64,000 nt of DNA, taken from positions 24,094-88,093 of the forward strand of contig CAZJHY010000001.1 of assembly GCA_964545975.1 (NCBI GenBank), given 5' to 3'. The stretch comes from an uncultured Clostridia bacterium (GTDB lineage Bacteria; Bacillota; DTU025; MWDF01). This document shows positions 1-9,991 of this stretch, one piece after another; the stretch's first letter is position 1; the number at the start of each line of letters is the position of its first letter. Below the pieces are notes generated by a model that worked only from the letters and a program-made list of their open reading frames with translations, was not told the origin of the DNA and ran no database searches. A program made the translations under genes and the position numbers.

Positions 1-328
1 AATCGTTTCCATATTGCGTGCGGCATTACTGATTAATATATTGCCTGCATGTATGGCATATCAATCTTCTTTGTGGCATATAGATGCGAAAATAGATAAT
101 GGAACAATGGGAACGGCTTGTGGTTACAGATTTGTAAAACTTTGTTGTATATCGCATCGCCACATGGCAAAGAACGAATAAAGTGCCATAGTATAAGCCG
201 ATTGCAGAACAATGGGGATTTTTGTGGAGAATGGAAGAGGATTTTCAATAACGATGGGGAATATCAATATTATATGAAATCCTTACCACATATGAGCGCA
301 GGTAAGTCTGTAGAAGGAAGGTGCGGCG

Positions 329-1339
329 ATGGCAACGATATACGAAATTGCCAAAGCGGCGAAGGTGTCACCCTCCACCGTGTCGCGGGCGCTTTCAGGA
401 AACGGTTACGTTAGCAGAGAGAAGAAGGAAAGAATAGAAGCAGTAGCTGCGACGCTATATTACAGGCCGAACGCGCTTGCAAGGGCCTTGGTTACGAAGA
501 GGAGCAATACGATTGCATTCGTTGTAGCTGATATCGGAAATCCTTTCTTCCCGGCGATTGCCCGCGGGGTGGAGGACGAGGCAAGCTCCAGCAACTACAA
601 CGTCATACTATGCAACACAGATTCGAACAGGATAAAAGCCGATGAATACATAAGGGCATTGAGCAGCAGGCAGACTGATGGGGTGATATTCTGCACAGCC
701 AGCGTAAATGACAGGCACGTGAAGGAAGTAATCTCCGGGGGCATCCCTGTAGTGCTCGGCTACCCTAGCAAGACTATCAAGTGCGACACTGTGTCCTGCG
801 ACAATCTGCACGGAGGGATGATCGCAACGGAACACCTCATAGGGTTGGGACATACGACTATCGGCATAATCAGCGCCCTTGTCAAAAGGGTTACAGGAGG
901 AGACAGGCTCAGAGGATATAAGAAGGCGCTTTCAAAACACGGACTGCCGCTTCGCAAGGAACTCATAGTTGAGGGCGATTACAGCATGGAAAGCGGCTAT
1001 GAGAAGGCCAGGCTTCTTCTCAGGCTTAAAGACCGGCCTACGGCGATTTTCGCTACGAACGACCTAATGGCGATAGGCGCCATGAATGCGATAGAGGAGA
1101 TCGGGCTAAGGGTGCCAGATGACATCGCGATTATCGGATACGACGACATACCGATGGCATCCATAGTGAAACCCAAGCTTACCACGGTCGCTCAGCCGAA
1201 ATATGAGATAGGGCAGCTTGCCTGCAAGGCGATCCTTGAAAGGATGGGCAACCCCAATAAACCATGGGAGAATACTGTCCTTAAGCCAAAGCTGATTGTT
1301 AGGAACTCAAGCGTGGTTATGGATACCGGCAGGTCCTAG
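329..1339 (+). CDS. LacI/GalR-family transcriptional regulator
   Basis: N-terminal HTH 'ATIYEIAKAAKVSPSTVSRALSG' followed by a periplasmic-binding-protein-like sugar-binding core; AT-rich promoter region upstream (1-328). Confidence 0.85.
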   Translation: MATIYEIAKAAKVSPSTVSRALSGNGYVSREKKERIEAVAATLYYRPNALARALVTKRSNTIAFVVADIGNPFFPAIARGVEDEASSSNYNVILCNTDSNRIKADEYIRALSSRQTDGVIFCTASVNDRHVKEVISGGIPVVLGYPSKTIKCDTVSCDNLHGGMIATEHLIGLGHTTIGIISALVKRVTGGDRLRGYKKALSKHGLPLRKELIVEGDYSMESGYEKARLLLRLKDRPTAIFATNDLMAIGAMNAIEEIGLRVPDDIAIIGYDDIPMASIVKPKLTTVAQPKYEIGQLACKAILERMGNPNKPWENTVLKPKLIVRNSSVVMDTGRS

Positions 1340-1379
1340 GAGCAGGATATGCATGGACACGAAGAATAACAGGAAAGGA

Positions 1380-2579
1380 ATGACCCAGATGTCTGTATTC
1401 GAGCTAAACCCAGCAGAAAGAATGAGGCAGGTTCCGTTCTCCGGGATCCGCCGGATGTTCGAGAAGGCCAAAGCCCTTGAAAGAGAGGGTAAAGACGTAA
1501 TCATGATGGAGACCGGGCGTCCAGACTTCGACACCCCGGCCCACATCAAGCTGGCTGCCATGAAGGCCCTCGAACTGGGTCATGTGCACTACACATCCAA
1601 TTTCGGAATACCGGAGCTAAGGTCCGCCATAGCAGACAAGCTTAGAACTGAAAACGGGCTAAACTATGATTACGAAACGGAAATCATCGTGACCGCCGGA
1701 GCCTCAGAGGCTGTACTTGATGCGTTCCTTGCATTCCTCAACCCGGGCGATGAGGTCCTCTTCCCCGAACCAAGCTGGTTGAACTACGCCGCCGCCGCAA
1801 GATTGACCGGAGCTGTTCCTGTTCCCATGCCTATGAGGGAGAAGGCGAATTTCCAGCTGGACCCCCAAGAGATTGAGAAGCTCATCACGCCAAAGACCAA
1901 GGCTATGGTGCTAGTATCCCCTCATAACCCTACAGGCACAGTCCAGCGTGGAGAAGTGGTGAAAGCGCTTGCTGAAATCGCCGTTAGGCACAACCTTCTT
2001 GTGATATCGGACGAGATATACGAGAGAATCATATTCGGGACAGCCAGACATGTAAGCATTGCATCCTTTCCCGGCTTGAAAGAGAGGACCATTGTCATCA
2101 ATGGTTTCTCCAAGGCCTACTCAATGACAGGCTGGAGGCTCGGATATCTGGCTGCCACGCCTCAACTCATACAGGCGATGAACAGAGTTCACCAGTACAA
2201 TACCGCGTGTGCGAACTCCTTTGCCCAGGAAGGCGCCGTGGCAGCGCTAAGAGGCCCGCAGGACTGCGTAAGGGACATGGTCGCTGAGTTTTCGAGAAGG
2301 CGCGACCTTGTTATAGGAGAGCTTCAGTCCATGAAGGGGATTACCTGCCCTACACCTGAGGGGGCTTTCTATGCGTTCATCAATGTCAGCGGCTTGAACC
2401 TTACCTCAGAGGAGTTCTGCGAAAAGCTTATAGAGGAAACGTACGTATCCTCTGTGCCAGGACCAGTATTCGGGGAGGCGGGGCGCGGCTTTGCCAGATT
2501 TTCCTATGCTACCTCCTACGAGAAGCTCCAGGAGGCAATGCGCAGGATCAGGAAATTCACCGAGAAATATGCCGAATAG
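1380..2579 (+). CDS. Class I/II (aspartate/aromatic-type) PLP-dependent aminotransferase
   Basis: 'VPFSGIRRMFEKAKALEREGKDVIMMETGRPDFDTP', 'NGFSKAYSMTGWRLGY' (PLP lysine region). Start moved to ATG 1380, which has an AGGAAAGGA RBS, instead of the track start at 1296. Confidence 0.8.
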   Translation: MTQMSVFELNPAERMRQVPFSGIRRMFEKAKALEREGKDVIMMETGRPDFDTPAHIKLAAMKALELGHVHYTSNFGIPELRSAIADKLRTENGLNYDYETEIIVTAGASEAVLDAFLAFLNPGDEVLFPEPSWLNYAAAARLTGAVPVPMPMREKANFQLDPQEIEKLITPKTKAMVLVSPHNPTGTVQRGEVVKALAEIAVRHNLLVISDEIYERIIFGTARHVSIASFPGLKERTIVINGFSKAYSMTGWRLGYLAATPQLIQAMNRVHQYNTACANSFAQEGAVAALRGPQDCVRDMVAEFSRRRDLVIGELQSMKGITCPTPEGAFYAFINVSGLNLTSEEFCEKLIEETYVSSVPGPVFGEAGRGFARFSYATSYEKLQEAMRRIRKFTEKYAE

Positions 2580-2605
2580 ATCGGAAGAGGCATCAATCAA
2601 GAACT

Positions 2606-4324
2606 ATGAGAAGCGAGGTGTATCGATTGGCATTTCTGCATTCTAAGGAGGAAAGCGTAGAAAGGTTGTCAGGGCTAAGCCTTAAAGGAACCATGCTCAC
2701 CACGACCCAGTATCACGACAGAAGGCATGTGCTGCCTTTTGTCCTTGAGAAGGGCGGCAAGAGCTATTTCCTGGTAAGGGAGATGGATAGCGGCAATGTA
2801 CAGGGGGCTGGATTCAATGCTCTTCCGCAGGTTCATTTCATGCCGTATTTCCTGCCTGGCGTGAAATCGGAGATTCCGGGCAATATGGCCAAGGTTGTCC
2901 TTTCCATGCTCGGGAAGGAACCTCTTGTTGTTGACGTCGAAATGCCCGTATCGGTATATAGGGAGCTCAAGGCATCAGCCGATGTCTCCATTGAGAAGCT
3001 TCCGACAAAACCGGTAGAGGCTTTCCGGATGACTGCCAAGCAAGTCCTATCAAAGTTCAACCATCACAGGGCGGACGTTGTAAGGGCTGCCAACGAGATT
3101 ACGGCGGGGCACCCGCAGTACAAGAGGCTTAATGCGCTATACAACCAGAAGGGAGATCCTTTCGGGATATTGGATGCCAAGGGCAAAGCAGCAGGGATAG
3201 GGGCTTTTCTTGGCACATGGGTTACTGACTTCCAGGAGCTCAGCGGACTTAAGGGCACCCTTTCAGAGTGCTGCGGTTATGCTGCGCTTTATCTTGCAGA
3301 GAAGGCCGAAACATGGATAATTGTCCCGGCTGGAGATGCCAAGGGGTATTCGAGCTCCTTCAGGTCGTTCGGAAGCTTCGCAGAGGCAGTGAGGGAACTT
3401 TCTGCAGGCGCAGTAGTCGGCATAGAGGAGGACACTCTGGGAGCGGAGCGCTTCGAGACCATGGCAAGACAGGGCGTGGCGATGAAGGACGCAGGGGCGA
3501 TGCTGAAAGAATGGCGCGACGAGAAAGTCAAATTCGACGTGCCATACTTCGTGCTTGCGGCGATGGCGACAAGATATGCAATGGAGGGAGCCTACGACTT
3601 CGCCGACCTTGCCATCAGGGCGAATGTGGCTGTGACTGAAAGGGAAGTGGACAGCGTATACCGCTCAAGGCTGGACGAATTTGCCAAGAAGTACAAGCTG
3701 CAGGTAGAGCTCAAGTTCTTCTTCGTGAACACACACGCAGGTTCACGGACCATCTTCCCTTCAAGGCCGACTGACTACGTAATCCATAAGGGAATCAACT
3801 CACTCAAGCTTGATTCGGGCATATTCGTGTTCGATGACGGCTTGTTCCATGCCTCGAGCGACATAGCTCGGACAGTCACGACAACGGAAGCTGCCGACGA
3901 AGTCGCGGACATCATGGAGAGGGTGCTCGTAGAGCAGACAATACCCGGTATCAAACCGGGAATGACAGGCGATGAGATACATCGTATGGGAGTAAACCAG
4001 ATGGCTGAGCAGGCAGAAGTGTTCCAGAGGAACGGATACATGCCTAGCTCATTCTCATGGAGGGATGGCTATCCCAGGGACATCGGACACTCCATGGATC
4101 GCCAGGAGACTACGCATTTCCATTTCAAACCAGGCGCTGCACTTAAAGTTCTCTCCGGAATGGTCGGTTGCATAGAGTACCATTGCGCTTACGACAATCA
4201 TGCGATAGCGGCAGAGGACACTTTCGTGCTGGATGATCAGGGCGCAATCATAATCAGCAGGGGTGCCGAGGAGTTCGGCCCCGACGGAAAAGTAACGAAG
4301 AGGCGCCGCTTGACTCGTATCTAG
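2606..4324 (+). CDS. M24-family (creatinase/prolidase/Xaa-Pro aminopeptidase-like) metallohydrolase with a long N-terminal domain
   Basis: C-terminal pita-bread motif 'DSGIFVFDDGLFHASSDIARTVT', with His/Glu metal-ligand candidates ('GHSMD', 'QETTH', 'CIEYH'). Alternative start at ATG 2693 (MLTTTQ) is possible. Confidence 0.55.
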   Translation: MRSEVYRLAFLHSKEESVERLSGLSLKGTMLTTTQYHDRRHVLPFVLEKGGKSYFLVREMDSGNVQGAGFNALPQVHFMPYFLPGVKSEIPGNMAKVVLSMLGKEPLVVDVEMPVSVYRELKASADVSIEKLPTKPVEAFRMTAKQVLSKFNHHRADVVRAANEITAGHPQYKRLNALYNQKGDPFGILDAKGKAAGIGAFLGTWVTDFQELSGLKGTLSECCGYAALYLAEKAETWIIVPAGDAKGYSSSFRSFGSFAEAVRELSAGAVVGIEEDTLGAERFETMARQGVAMKDAGAMLKEWRDEKVKFDVPYFVLAAMATRYAMEGAYDFADLAIRANVAVTEREVDSVYRSRLDEFAKKYKLQVELKFFFVNTHAGSRTIFPSRPTDYVIHKGINSLKLDSGIFVFDDGLFHASSDIARTVTTTEAADEVADIMERVLVEQTIPGIKPGMTGDEIHRMGVNQMAEQAEVFQRNGYMPSSFSWRDGYPRDIGHSMDRQETTHFHFKPGAALKVLSGMVGCIEYHCAYDNHAIAAEDTFVLDDQGAIIISRGAEEFGPDGKVTKRRRLTRI

Positions 4325-4355
4325 TGGACCAAGCCAAATTAAGGAGGACAGAACA

Positions 4356-5480
4356 ATGAAGCGTCTAATGGCAATGATGACACTAATGCTTGCGCTGCTC
4401 ATGGTTTCGGCGATGGTCGGGGCTGCCGCAGTGCCGTTCAAGGTCGGTTGCATAGTGCCCCTGACCGGCGGATCTGCAGCAAACGGCATGTACATCAAGA
4501 GGGGTTCTGAACTGGCGATTGCGGAAATCAACGCAAACGGTGGATTGGGCGGACGTCCCATAGAGCTCATAATGGCCGACGACGCAGGTGTACCGGCGAC
4601 TTCGGTCTCTGCCATGAACAAGCTCGTCTACCAGGACAAGGTCGACTTCCTCATCGGCGGCAACATCAGCTCGACAGTGCTTGCTCACATGCAAATCTCC
4701 GAGAAGGAAGGAATACCTTACATAGTGACCACAGCTTCCAATGCACAGATCACCACCAAAGCAAACAAATGGACAGTAAGGCTTCACCAGAATGACCTTA
4801 CTCAGGCAGTCCAACTTGCCGACTTCGTCGTGAACGTAATCAAGAAGACGAAGGTCGCTGTGATGTTTGACACAGGAGACTATGGCACCGGATGCAAGAA
4901 CGCCTTCAACGAGCAGCTCATTAAGCTGGGCTACCAGCCTCTTATCACAGTAGGCTTCAATACCGGCGACAAAGACTTCATGTCGCAGGTAATCCAGGTC
5001 AAGGGCAAGAACCCTGACGCGGTGATGGTGTTCGCAGTTCAGGCGGAGGCTGCCATAGTGACCAACCAGCTCAGGCAGATGGGCGTCAATGGAACCATCT
5101 GTGGCACCGGCGGCTACATTGTGCCTAAGTATATCGAGCTTGCTCCCGGATCCTCAGAAGGCGCGGTCGGAATGACAACCTACAGCCCGTTCGATCTGAC
5201 TCCCGAAATAAAGAAGTTCACTGATGCTTATCAGAAGACTTACGGCGAAGTTGCCACGCATCATGCCTGGAATACCTACGAGGCGTACATGTACCTGCTC
5301 AAGCCCATAACCGACAAGGTAGGGACTTCCGACAAGGCTGCTATTATGAACGCCTTGAAGTCATGGAAGTGGACAGTGGGAAGCAACTCCAAGTATTTCG
5401 ACGAGACTGGTCAGGTGATAATGCCCTCGATATTCATCTCGGTGCAGAATGGTCAGTGGAGACCCTTCAAGGCGCAGTAG
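4356..5480 (+). CDS. ABC transporter substrate-binding protein, branched-chain amino acid (LivJ/K) family
   Basis: Signal peptide, 'GCIVPLTGGSAANGMYIKRGSELAIAEINANGGLGGRPIEL'; strong AAGGAGG RBS. Confidence 0.85.
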   Translation: MKRLMAMMTLMLALLMVSAMVGAAAVPFKVGCIVPLTGGSAANGMYIKRGSELAIAEINANGGLGGRPIELIMADDAGVPATSVSAMNKLVYQDKVDFLIGGNISSTVLAHMQISEKEGIPYIVTTASNAQITTKANKWTVRLHQNDLTQAVQLADFVVNVIKKTKVAVMFDTGDYGTGCKNAFNEQLIKLGYQPLITVGFNTGDKDFMSQVIQVKGKNPDAVMVFAVQAEAAIVTNQLRQMGVNGTICGTGGYIVPKYIELAPGSSEGAVGMTTYSPFDLTPEIKKFTDAYQKTYGEVATHHAWNTYEAYMYLLKPITDKVGTSDKAAIMNALKSWKWTVGSNSKYFDETGQVIMPSIFISVQNGQWRPFKAQ

Positions 5481-5491
5481 AGATTTTCCAA

Positions 5492-5524
5492 GGGCCGGGC
5501 CGCAGAATACCCGCGGTTCGGCCC
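5492..5524 (+). promoter_or_regulatory. GC-rich intercistronic hairpin after the substrate-binding-protein gene (12-bp stem including two G-U pairs, 9-nt loop, no U-tract)
   Basis: GGGCCGGGCCGC-agaataccc-GCGGTTCGGCCC, lying between the binding-protein stop (5480) and the permease start (5549). Confidence 0.45.
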
Positions 5525-5548
5525 ATCTCATGAATCGGGGGGATACGC

Positions 5549-6466
5549 TTGAGTTTTCTTACTCTTATACAGTACATCATTAGCGGACTTGCGATAGGCA
5601 GCATATATGCGTTGATAGCCGTCGGTTATGCTATGATTTGGAAAGCCATGGGTGTCCTGAATTTCTCGCAGGGCCAGGTCTTCATGCTGGGCGGGTTCTT
5701 CGGCCTAACATCCCTCAGGCTTATGGGAACTCCTAGTGCAGGAACCCTTCCGGTAATAATCGGAGTCGCCGTTTTCGTGGGAGGGCTGGCAATCTTGCTT
5801 GCGCTCTTCACTCAGACATTCGTGTTCGCTCCGATACAGAGAAGAACCCCGCCCGAGAGGCTTAAGGTGAATATGCTGGTCTCAACAATGGCCGTGGGCA
5901 TAATACTGGAAAATGCCGCAAGGCTCATATGGGGTACGGAGCCGATATTCTTTCCCAGGATATTCGGTTCAAGGGTATTCATGTTCGCAGACATATTCAT
6001 ACCTGAGCACTATATAAGGATCATCGGGCTTGCCGTGGTGCTGGTCGTGTTTCTTCAGGTACTCCTTTACAAGACAAAAATGGGCCGCGCTATGAGGGCC
6101 ATCGCACAGGACAGAGATACGGCTGCATTAATGGGTGTGAACGTGAAACAGGGTATCTATATAACGCTGTGCGTGACTTATGTCCTAGGAGCCCTGGCAG
6201 GCATGCTGGTTGCACCCCTGCTATATGTATCGTTTGACTACGGTGGGCTATTCGGCCTTAAAGGCTTCACTGCCGCTGTCATCGGCGGCATAGGCACTGT
6301 ACCGGGGGCAATTATAGGAGGGCTTGTCTTGGGCGTTGTAGAGAATGTGGGAGCTGGTCTCATAGATGCCACATACAAAAGCGCAATCGCATTCCTAATC
6401 TTGATCCTTGTGCTGCTGATTAAGCCATCCGGCCTGCTCGGCAAGCGCACGGTTCAGAAAGTGTAG
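5549..6466 (+). CDS. Branched-chain amino acid ABC transporter permease (LivH family)
   Basis: Polytopic membrane protein with LivH-like sequence; TTG start with G-rich RBS. Confidence 0.8.
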   Translation: MSFLTLIQYIISGLAIGSIYALIAVGYAMIWKAMGVLNFSQGQVFMLGGFFGLTSLRLMGTPSAGTLPVIIGVAVFVGGLAILLALFTQTFVFAPIQRRTPPERLKVNMLVSTMAVGIILENAARLIWGTEPIFFPRIFGSRVFMFADIFIPEHYIRIIGLAVVLVVFLQVLLYKTKMGRAMRAIAQDRDTAALMGVNVKQGIYITLCVTYVLGALAGMLVAPLLYVSFDYGGLFGLKGFTAAVIGGIGTVPGAIIGGLVLGVVENVGAGLIDATYKSAIAFLILILVLLIKPSGLLGKRTVQKV

Positions 6467-6473
6467 GGCTGCG

Positions 6474-7451
6474 ATGAGGAAAAAACTGCCTAAGGTGACA
6501 ATCTGGATAGCGGTTGCACTTGCAGCACTCCTTCTGCCGACCGTATCACAGCAGTATACAGTCCATATAATGGTTCTAGCCGGGATATATCTTGTGATGG
6601 CCGTAGGCTTGAGCCTTGTAAGCGGGTTTGCCGGACAGCTGTCGCTGGGGCAGGCTGCCTTCTATGCGGTTGGGGCTTACATATCGGGCCTGCTTGCGGT
6701 CAATACAGGGCTCTCATTCTGGCTTGCGCTTATTGTCGGGACAGCCGCAGCCGGCCTTCTGGGGATAATACTCGGATTGCCGACGCTAAGGCTTTCGGGC
6801 GTCTATCTTACTGTGGCGACGGTAGGCTTCGGCGAGATAGTAAGGCTTGTCCTCCTTAACTGGACACCGGTCACCAGAGGGGCGATGGGAGTGCGCGGAG
6901 TGCCACCTCCATCACTTTTCGGGTTTCTGATAGACGATCCTTACAAATACTACTACCTCGTTCTTGCAGCAGTCGTCGTGAGCCTCTTCATTGCTTCGAG
7001 GATCGTCAACTCAAGGATAGGAAGGGCGTTCATCTCCGTTGCCGACAAAGAGGTGGCGGCAAAATCGGTAGGCATAAACCCTACTTACTATAAGACCTTA
7101 GCCTTTGTGATGGGAGCATGCTTCGCAGGAGCGGCGGGAAGCCTCTATGCGCACTATATTGGCTATATCCACCCTGATGCCTTCACTCAGGCTGAATCGA
7201 TAATGGTGGTCACGATAATGGCAGTGGGCGGTGTCAGGAGTTTTCTGGGTATAACGGTCTCAGCGCTGGTGCTTGTGACGGCCATGGAATACCTGAGGGC
7301 ATTCTCTGAGTTCAGGCTGATAATGTATGCTCTTATGCTGGTGCTTAGCCTGATATTCATGCCTAATGGGGTCGGTGGTTATGTTTCGGCGCTCATGTCC
7401 AAGTCGAGCAGGAAAAAAGCTAAAGCGACCGGAGAAGGGAGGGCATCCTGA
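6474..7451 (+). CDS. Branched-chain amino acid ABC transporter permease (LivM family)
   Basis: Hydrophobic, LivM-like 'LSLGQAAFYAVGAY'. Confidence 0.8.
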   Translation: MRKKLPKVTIWIAVALAALLLPTVSQQYTVHIMVLAGIYLVMAVGLSLVSGFAGQLSLGQAAFYAVGAYISGLLAVNTGLSFWLALIVGTAAAGLLGIILGLPTLRLSGVYLTVATVGFGEIVRLVLLNWTPVTRGAMGVRGVPPPSLFGFLIDDPYKYYYLVLAAVVVSLFIASRIVNSRIGRAFISVADKEVAAKSVGINPTYYKTLAFVMGACFAGAAGSLYAHYIGYIHPDAFTQAESIMVVTIMAVGGVRSFLGITVSALVLVTAMEYLRAFSEFRLIMYALMLVLSLIFMPNGVGGYVSALMSKSSRKKAKATGEGRAS

Positions 7452-8227
7452 TGGCTGACATGCTAAGAGTGGACAACCTCACAATGATGTTCGGCGGACT
7501 TGCTGCCCTTAAGGATGTGTCGCTGAATGTAGAGCAGGGAGAGCTCCTCTCAGTAATCGGGCCCAACGGTTCGGGAAAGACAACCCTGTTCAATGTGATT
7601 ACCGGAATCTATGTACCAACATCCGGGAAAGTAGGCTTTGACGGGCAGGACATCACGCGCTTGAGTGCATATGGTATATCAGCGCGGGGATTGGCGAGGA
7701 CCTTTCAGAACATCAACCTCTTTGATTCAATGACAGTCCTGGATAACGTTAAGGTGGGGCAGCACAGCTCTACCAAATCTGGTGTTGTCGATGCTGTACT
7801 GCGCAGCAGGCGCTACAAGCAGGAGGAGATGGAAACTGAAGCAAGGGCTAAGGAGCTCGTGGATTTCGTGGGCCTCTCGAAAGTATCCGGCGAGCTTGCC
7901 AAGAACCTTCCTTACGGAGAACAAAAAAGGCTGGAGATAGCAAGATCGCTTGCATCGAGCCCTAAGATGCTTCTTCTGGACGAACCTACCGCAGGTTTGA
8001 ACACGAGCGAGAAGGCAATGGTCGCGGACCTGATAAAAGCCGTACATGCTAAGGGGATAACCATAGTTCTCATAGAGCATGATATGCGCGTTGTTATGGG
8101 TATTTCCAGGAGGATCATAGTGCTTGACCATGGTGAGAAGATCGCTTCGGGCAACCCGATGGAGGTCAAGACCGACAAGAGGGTTATTGAGGCATACTTG
8201 GGAAAGCAGACAGCTGCAAATTGCTGA
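7451..8227 (+). CDS. ABC transporter ATP-binding protein (LivG family)
   Basis: Walker A 'GPNGSGKTT', signature 'LPYGEQKRLEIARSL', Walker B 'LLLDEP'; start overlaps the upstream stop. Confidence 0.85.
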   Translation: MADMLRVDNLTMMFGGLAALKDVSLNVEQGELLSVIGPNGSGKTTLFNVITGIYVPTSGKVGFDGQDITRLSAYGISARGLARTFQNINLFDSMTVLDNVKVGQHSSTKSGVVDAVLRSRRYKQEEMETEARAKELVDFVGLSKVSGELAKNLPYGEQKRLEIARSLASSPKMLLLDEPTAGLNTSEKAMVADLIKAVHAKGITIVLIEHDMRVVMGISRRIIVLDHGEKIASGNPMEVKTDKRVIEAYLGKQTAANC

Positions 8228-8952
8228 GTCTGGAGGGAACGCCGTTGCTTAGAATTAAGGGACTGAATGTATATTATGGTGCCATCCACGCCCTTAAGGG
8301 CATATCCCTTGAAGTCAACGAGGGCGAGATAGTAACCCTGATAGGATCGAACGGAGCAGGGAAAAGCACCACGATTAAAACCATAAGCGGGCTGATCGCT
8401 CCACACTCAGGAAGCGTGGAATTCCTTAACAAGCAGATAGGTGGCTTCCCTGCCCATCAGATCAATGCAATGGGTATCATCCAGATCCCCGAGGGAAGGA
8501 GGGTATTCCCTGAGATGACCGTCGGGGAGAACCTTCTGATAGGGGCATTCCTAAGAAAGGACACGAAAGGAATCAAGGATGATCTTGATAAGGTCTACGA
8601 CAGGTTTCCAAGGATGAAGGAAAGAGAAAGACAGGTAGCAGCAACTCTCAGCGGAGGAGAGCAGCAGATGCTGGCCGTCGGTAGGGCGCTAATGGCGCGC
8701 CCGAAGCTCCTGCTCCTAGATGAGCCGTCGATGGGCTTGGCTCCGATACTCGTAGACGAAGTGTTCGAGATAGTACAGGAGATCAACAGGCAGGGAACGA
8801 CGATACTTCTCGTCGAGCAGAACGCCAAGATGGCTTTAAGCGTTGCCAACAGGGGTTATGTGCTGCAGACGGGTGAGGTTGCGCTTTCGGGCACCGCCTG
8901 TGAACTGCTTCAGACTGAGGAGGTTAGAAAAGTATACCTAGGAGAGAGCTAG
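8221..8952 (+). CDS. ABC transporter ATP-binding protein (LivF family)
   Basis: Walker A 'GSNGAGKST', 'LSGGEQQMLAVGRAL', 'LLLDEPSMGLAP'. Confidence 0.85.
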   Translation: MLSLEGTPLLRIKGLNVYYGAIHALKGISLEVNEGEIVTLIGSNGAGKSTTIKTISGLIAPHSGSVEFLNKQIGGFPAHQINAMGIIQIPEGRRVFPEMTVGENLLIGAFLRKDTKGIKDDLDKVYDRFPRMKERERQVAATLSGGEQQMLAVGRALMARPKLLLLDEPSMGLAPILVDEVFEIVQEINRQGTTILLVEQNAKMALSVANRGYVLQTGEVALSGTACELLQTEEVRKVYLGES

Positions 8953-8980
8953 CGACATAACATTAACGGAGGTGCAACCA

Positions 8981-9868
8981 ATGTCTCTTAAGGTCAGAGG
9001 AATCATCCCTGCAATGGTCACGCCATTCGACAAAGACGGCAAGTTAAATCTGCCAGCGCTAAGGAAGCTTACGGATCACCTGATAGATGCAGGAGTCCAT
9101 GGGCTCTTCGCAGTAGGAGGCCAGGGCGAGTTCTGGGCTTTGGATGCTGAGGAGAAGAAGAAGGTAATTGAGACCGTCGTCGATGAGACCCGTGGCCGTG
9201 TGCCGGTATATGCAGGCACGGGAGCTGAGACCACCTGGGAAACCATCAAGCTGACCCAGATGGCCGAAGCGGCAGGCGCTGATGCCGTGTCGATAATAAC
9301 CCCTTACTATGTTGCCCCATCACAGGACGAGATGCTAGAGCACTACAAGATGGTGGCCAAGGCTACAAAGCTGCCAGTACTCATATATAACAATCCTCCA
9401 AGAACTGGGAATAACGTTTCGCCTGCCACCATGGAGAAGGCTTCCAAAGTGGAGAATATTGTTGGGGTGAAGGATTCGGGTGGCGACATGACGCAGGCTT
9501 GTGAATACATCAGGCGTACAAACAAGGATTTTGCAGTCCTGATGGGTCGCGATACGATGATTTTCGCCGGGCTATGTGTCGGCGCTAAGGGATCGATAAC
9601 CGCAACAGCAAACGTTGCTCCGAGGCTCGTCGTGGAGATTTTTGAAGCCTTCGTTGCCGGAGATATGGCAAGGGCGATTAAGGGCCAAGAGCAGCTAGCT
9701 CCTTTACGCTTAGCTTTTGAGCTAGGAACATTCCCTGTGGTAATCAAGGAAGGCCTTGAGCTGATAGGAATCGAGGCAGGGCCAACAAGAATGCCGGTGG
9801 GACCTATGAAGCCTGACAAGCGGGAAGAGCTGAAGAAGGTCCTCATAGATATGGGTCTTGTCAATTAA
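8981..9868 (+). CDS. DapA/NAL-family (dihydrodipicolinate synthase-like) class I aldolase/lyase
   Basis: 'GIIPAMVTPFDKDGKLN', 'GLFAVGGQGEF', 'LIYNNPPRTG'. ATG 8981 with GGAGGTG RBS is preferred over GTG 8972. Confidence 0.75.
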   Translation: MSLKVRGIIPAMVTPFDKDGKLNLPALRKLTDHLIDAGVHGLFAVGGQGEFWALDAEEKKKVIETVVDETRGRVPVYAGTGAETTWETIKLTQMAEAAGADAVSIITPYYVAPSQDEMLEHYKMVAKATKLPVLIYNNPPRTGNNVSPATMEKASKVENIVGVKDSGGDMTQACEYIRRTNKDFAVLMGRDTMIFAGLCVGAKGSITATANVAPRLVVEIFEAFVAGDMARAIKGQEQLAPLRLAFELGTFPVVIKEGLELIGIEAGPTRMPVGPMKPDKREELKKVLIDMGLVN

Positions 9869-9901
9869 CCGGGCAATAGAAACAGGCAGACAGTCAATAA
9901 T

Positions 9902-9940
9902 AGCCCCCTTGCCAGAGAGTTTATGGTAGGGGGCTTCTTG
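9902..9940. terminator. Putative bidirectional intrinsic terminator between convergent genes
   Basis: AGCCCCCT-18 nt loop-AGGGGGCT perfect 8-bp stem, with T-rich flanks on both strands. Confidence 0.4.
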
Positions 9941-9991
9941 ATATTATGAGTATGCTCTGTAGCATGGATATCGAGTTTCTGGCAAAGGTCA

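Noticed and set aside
118-414. 98-aa ORF spanning the LacI promoter and start
   Set aside because: Overlaps the LacI start in another frame. No support.
4055-4621. 188-aa minus-strand ORF across the M24 / binding-protein junction
   Set aside because: Antisense to two well-supported genes, no motifs.
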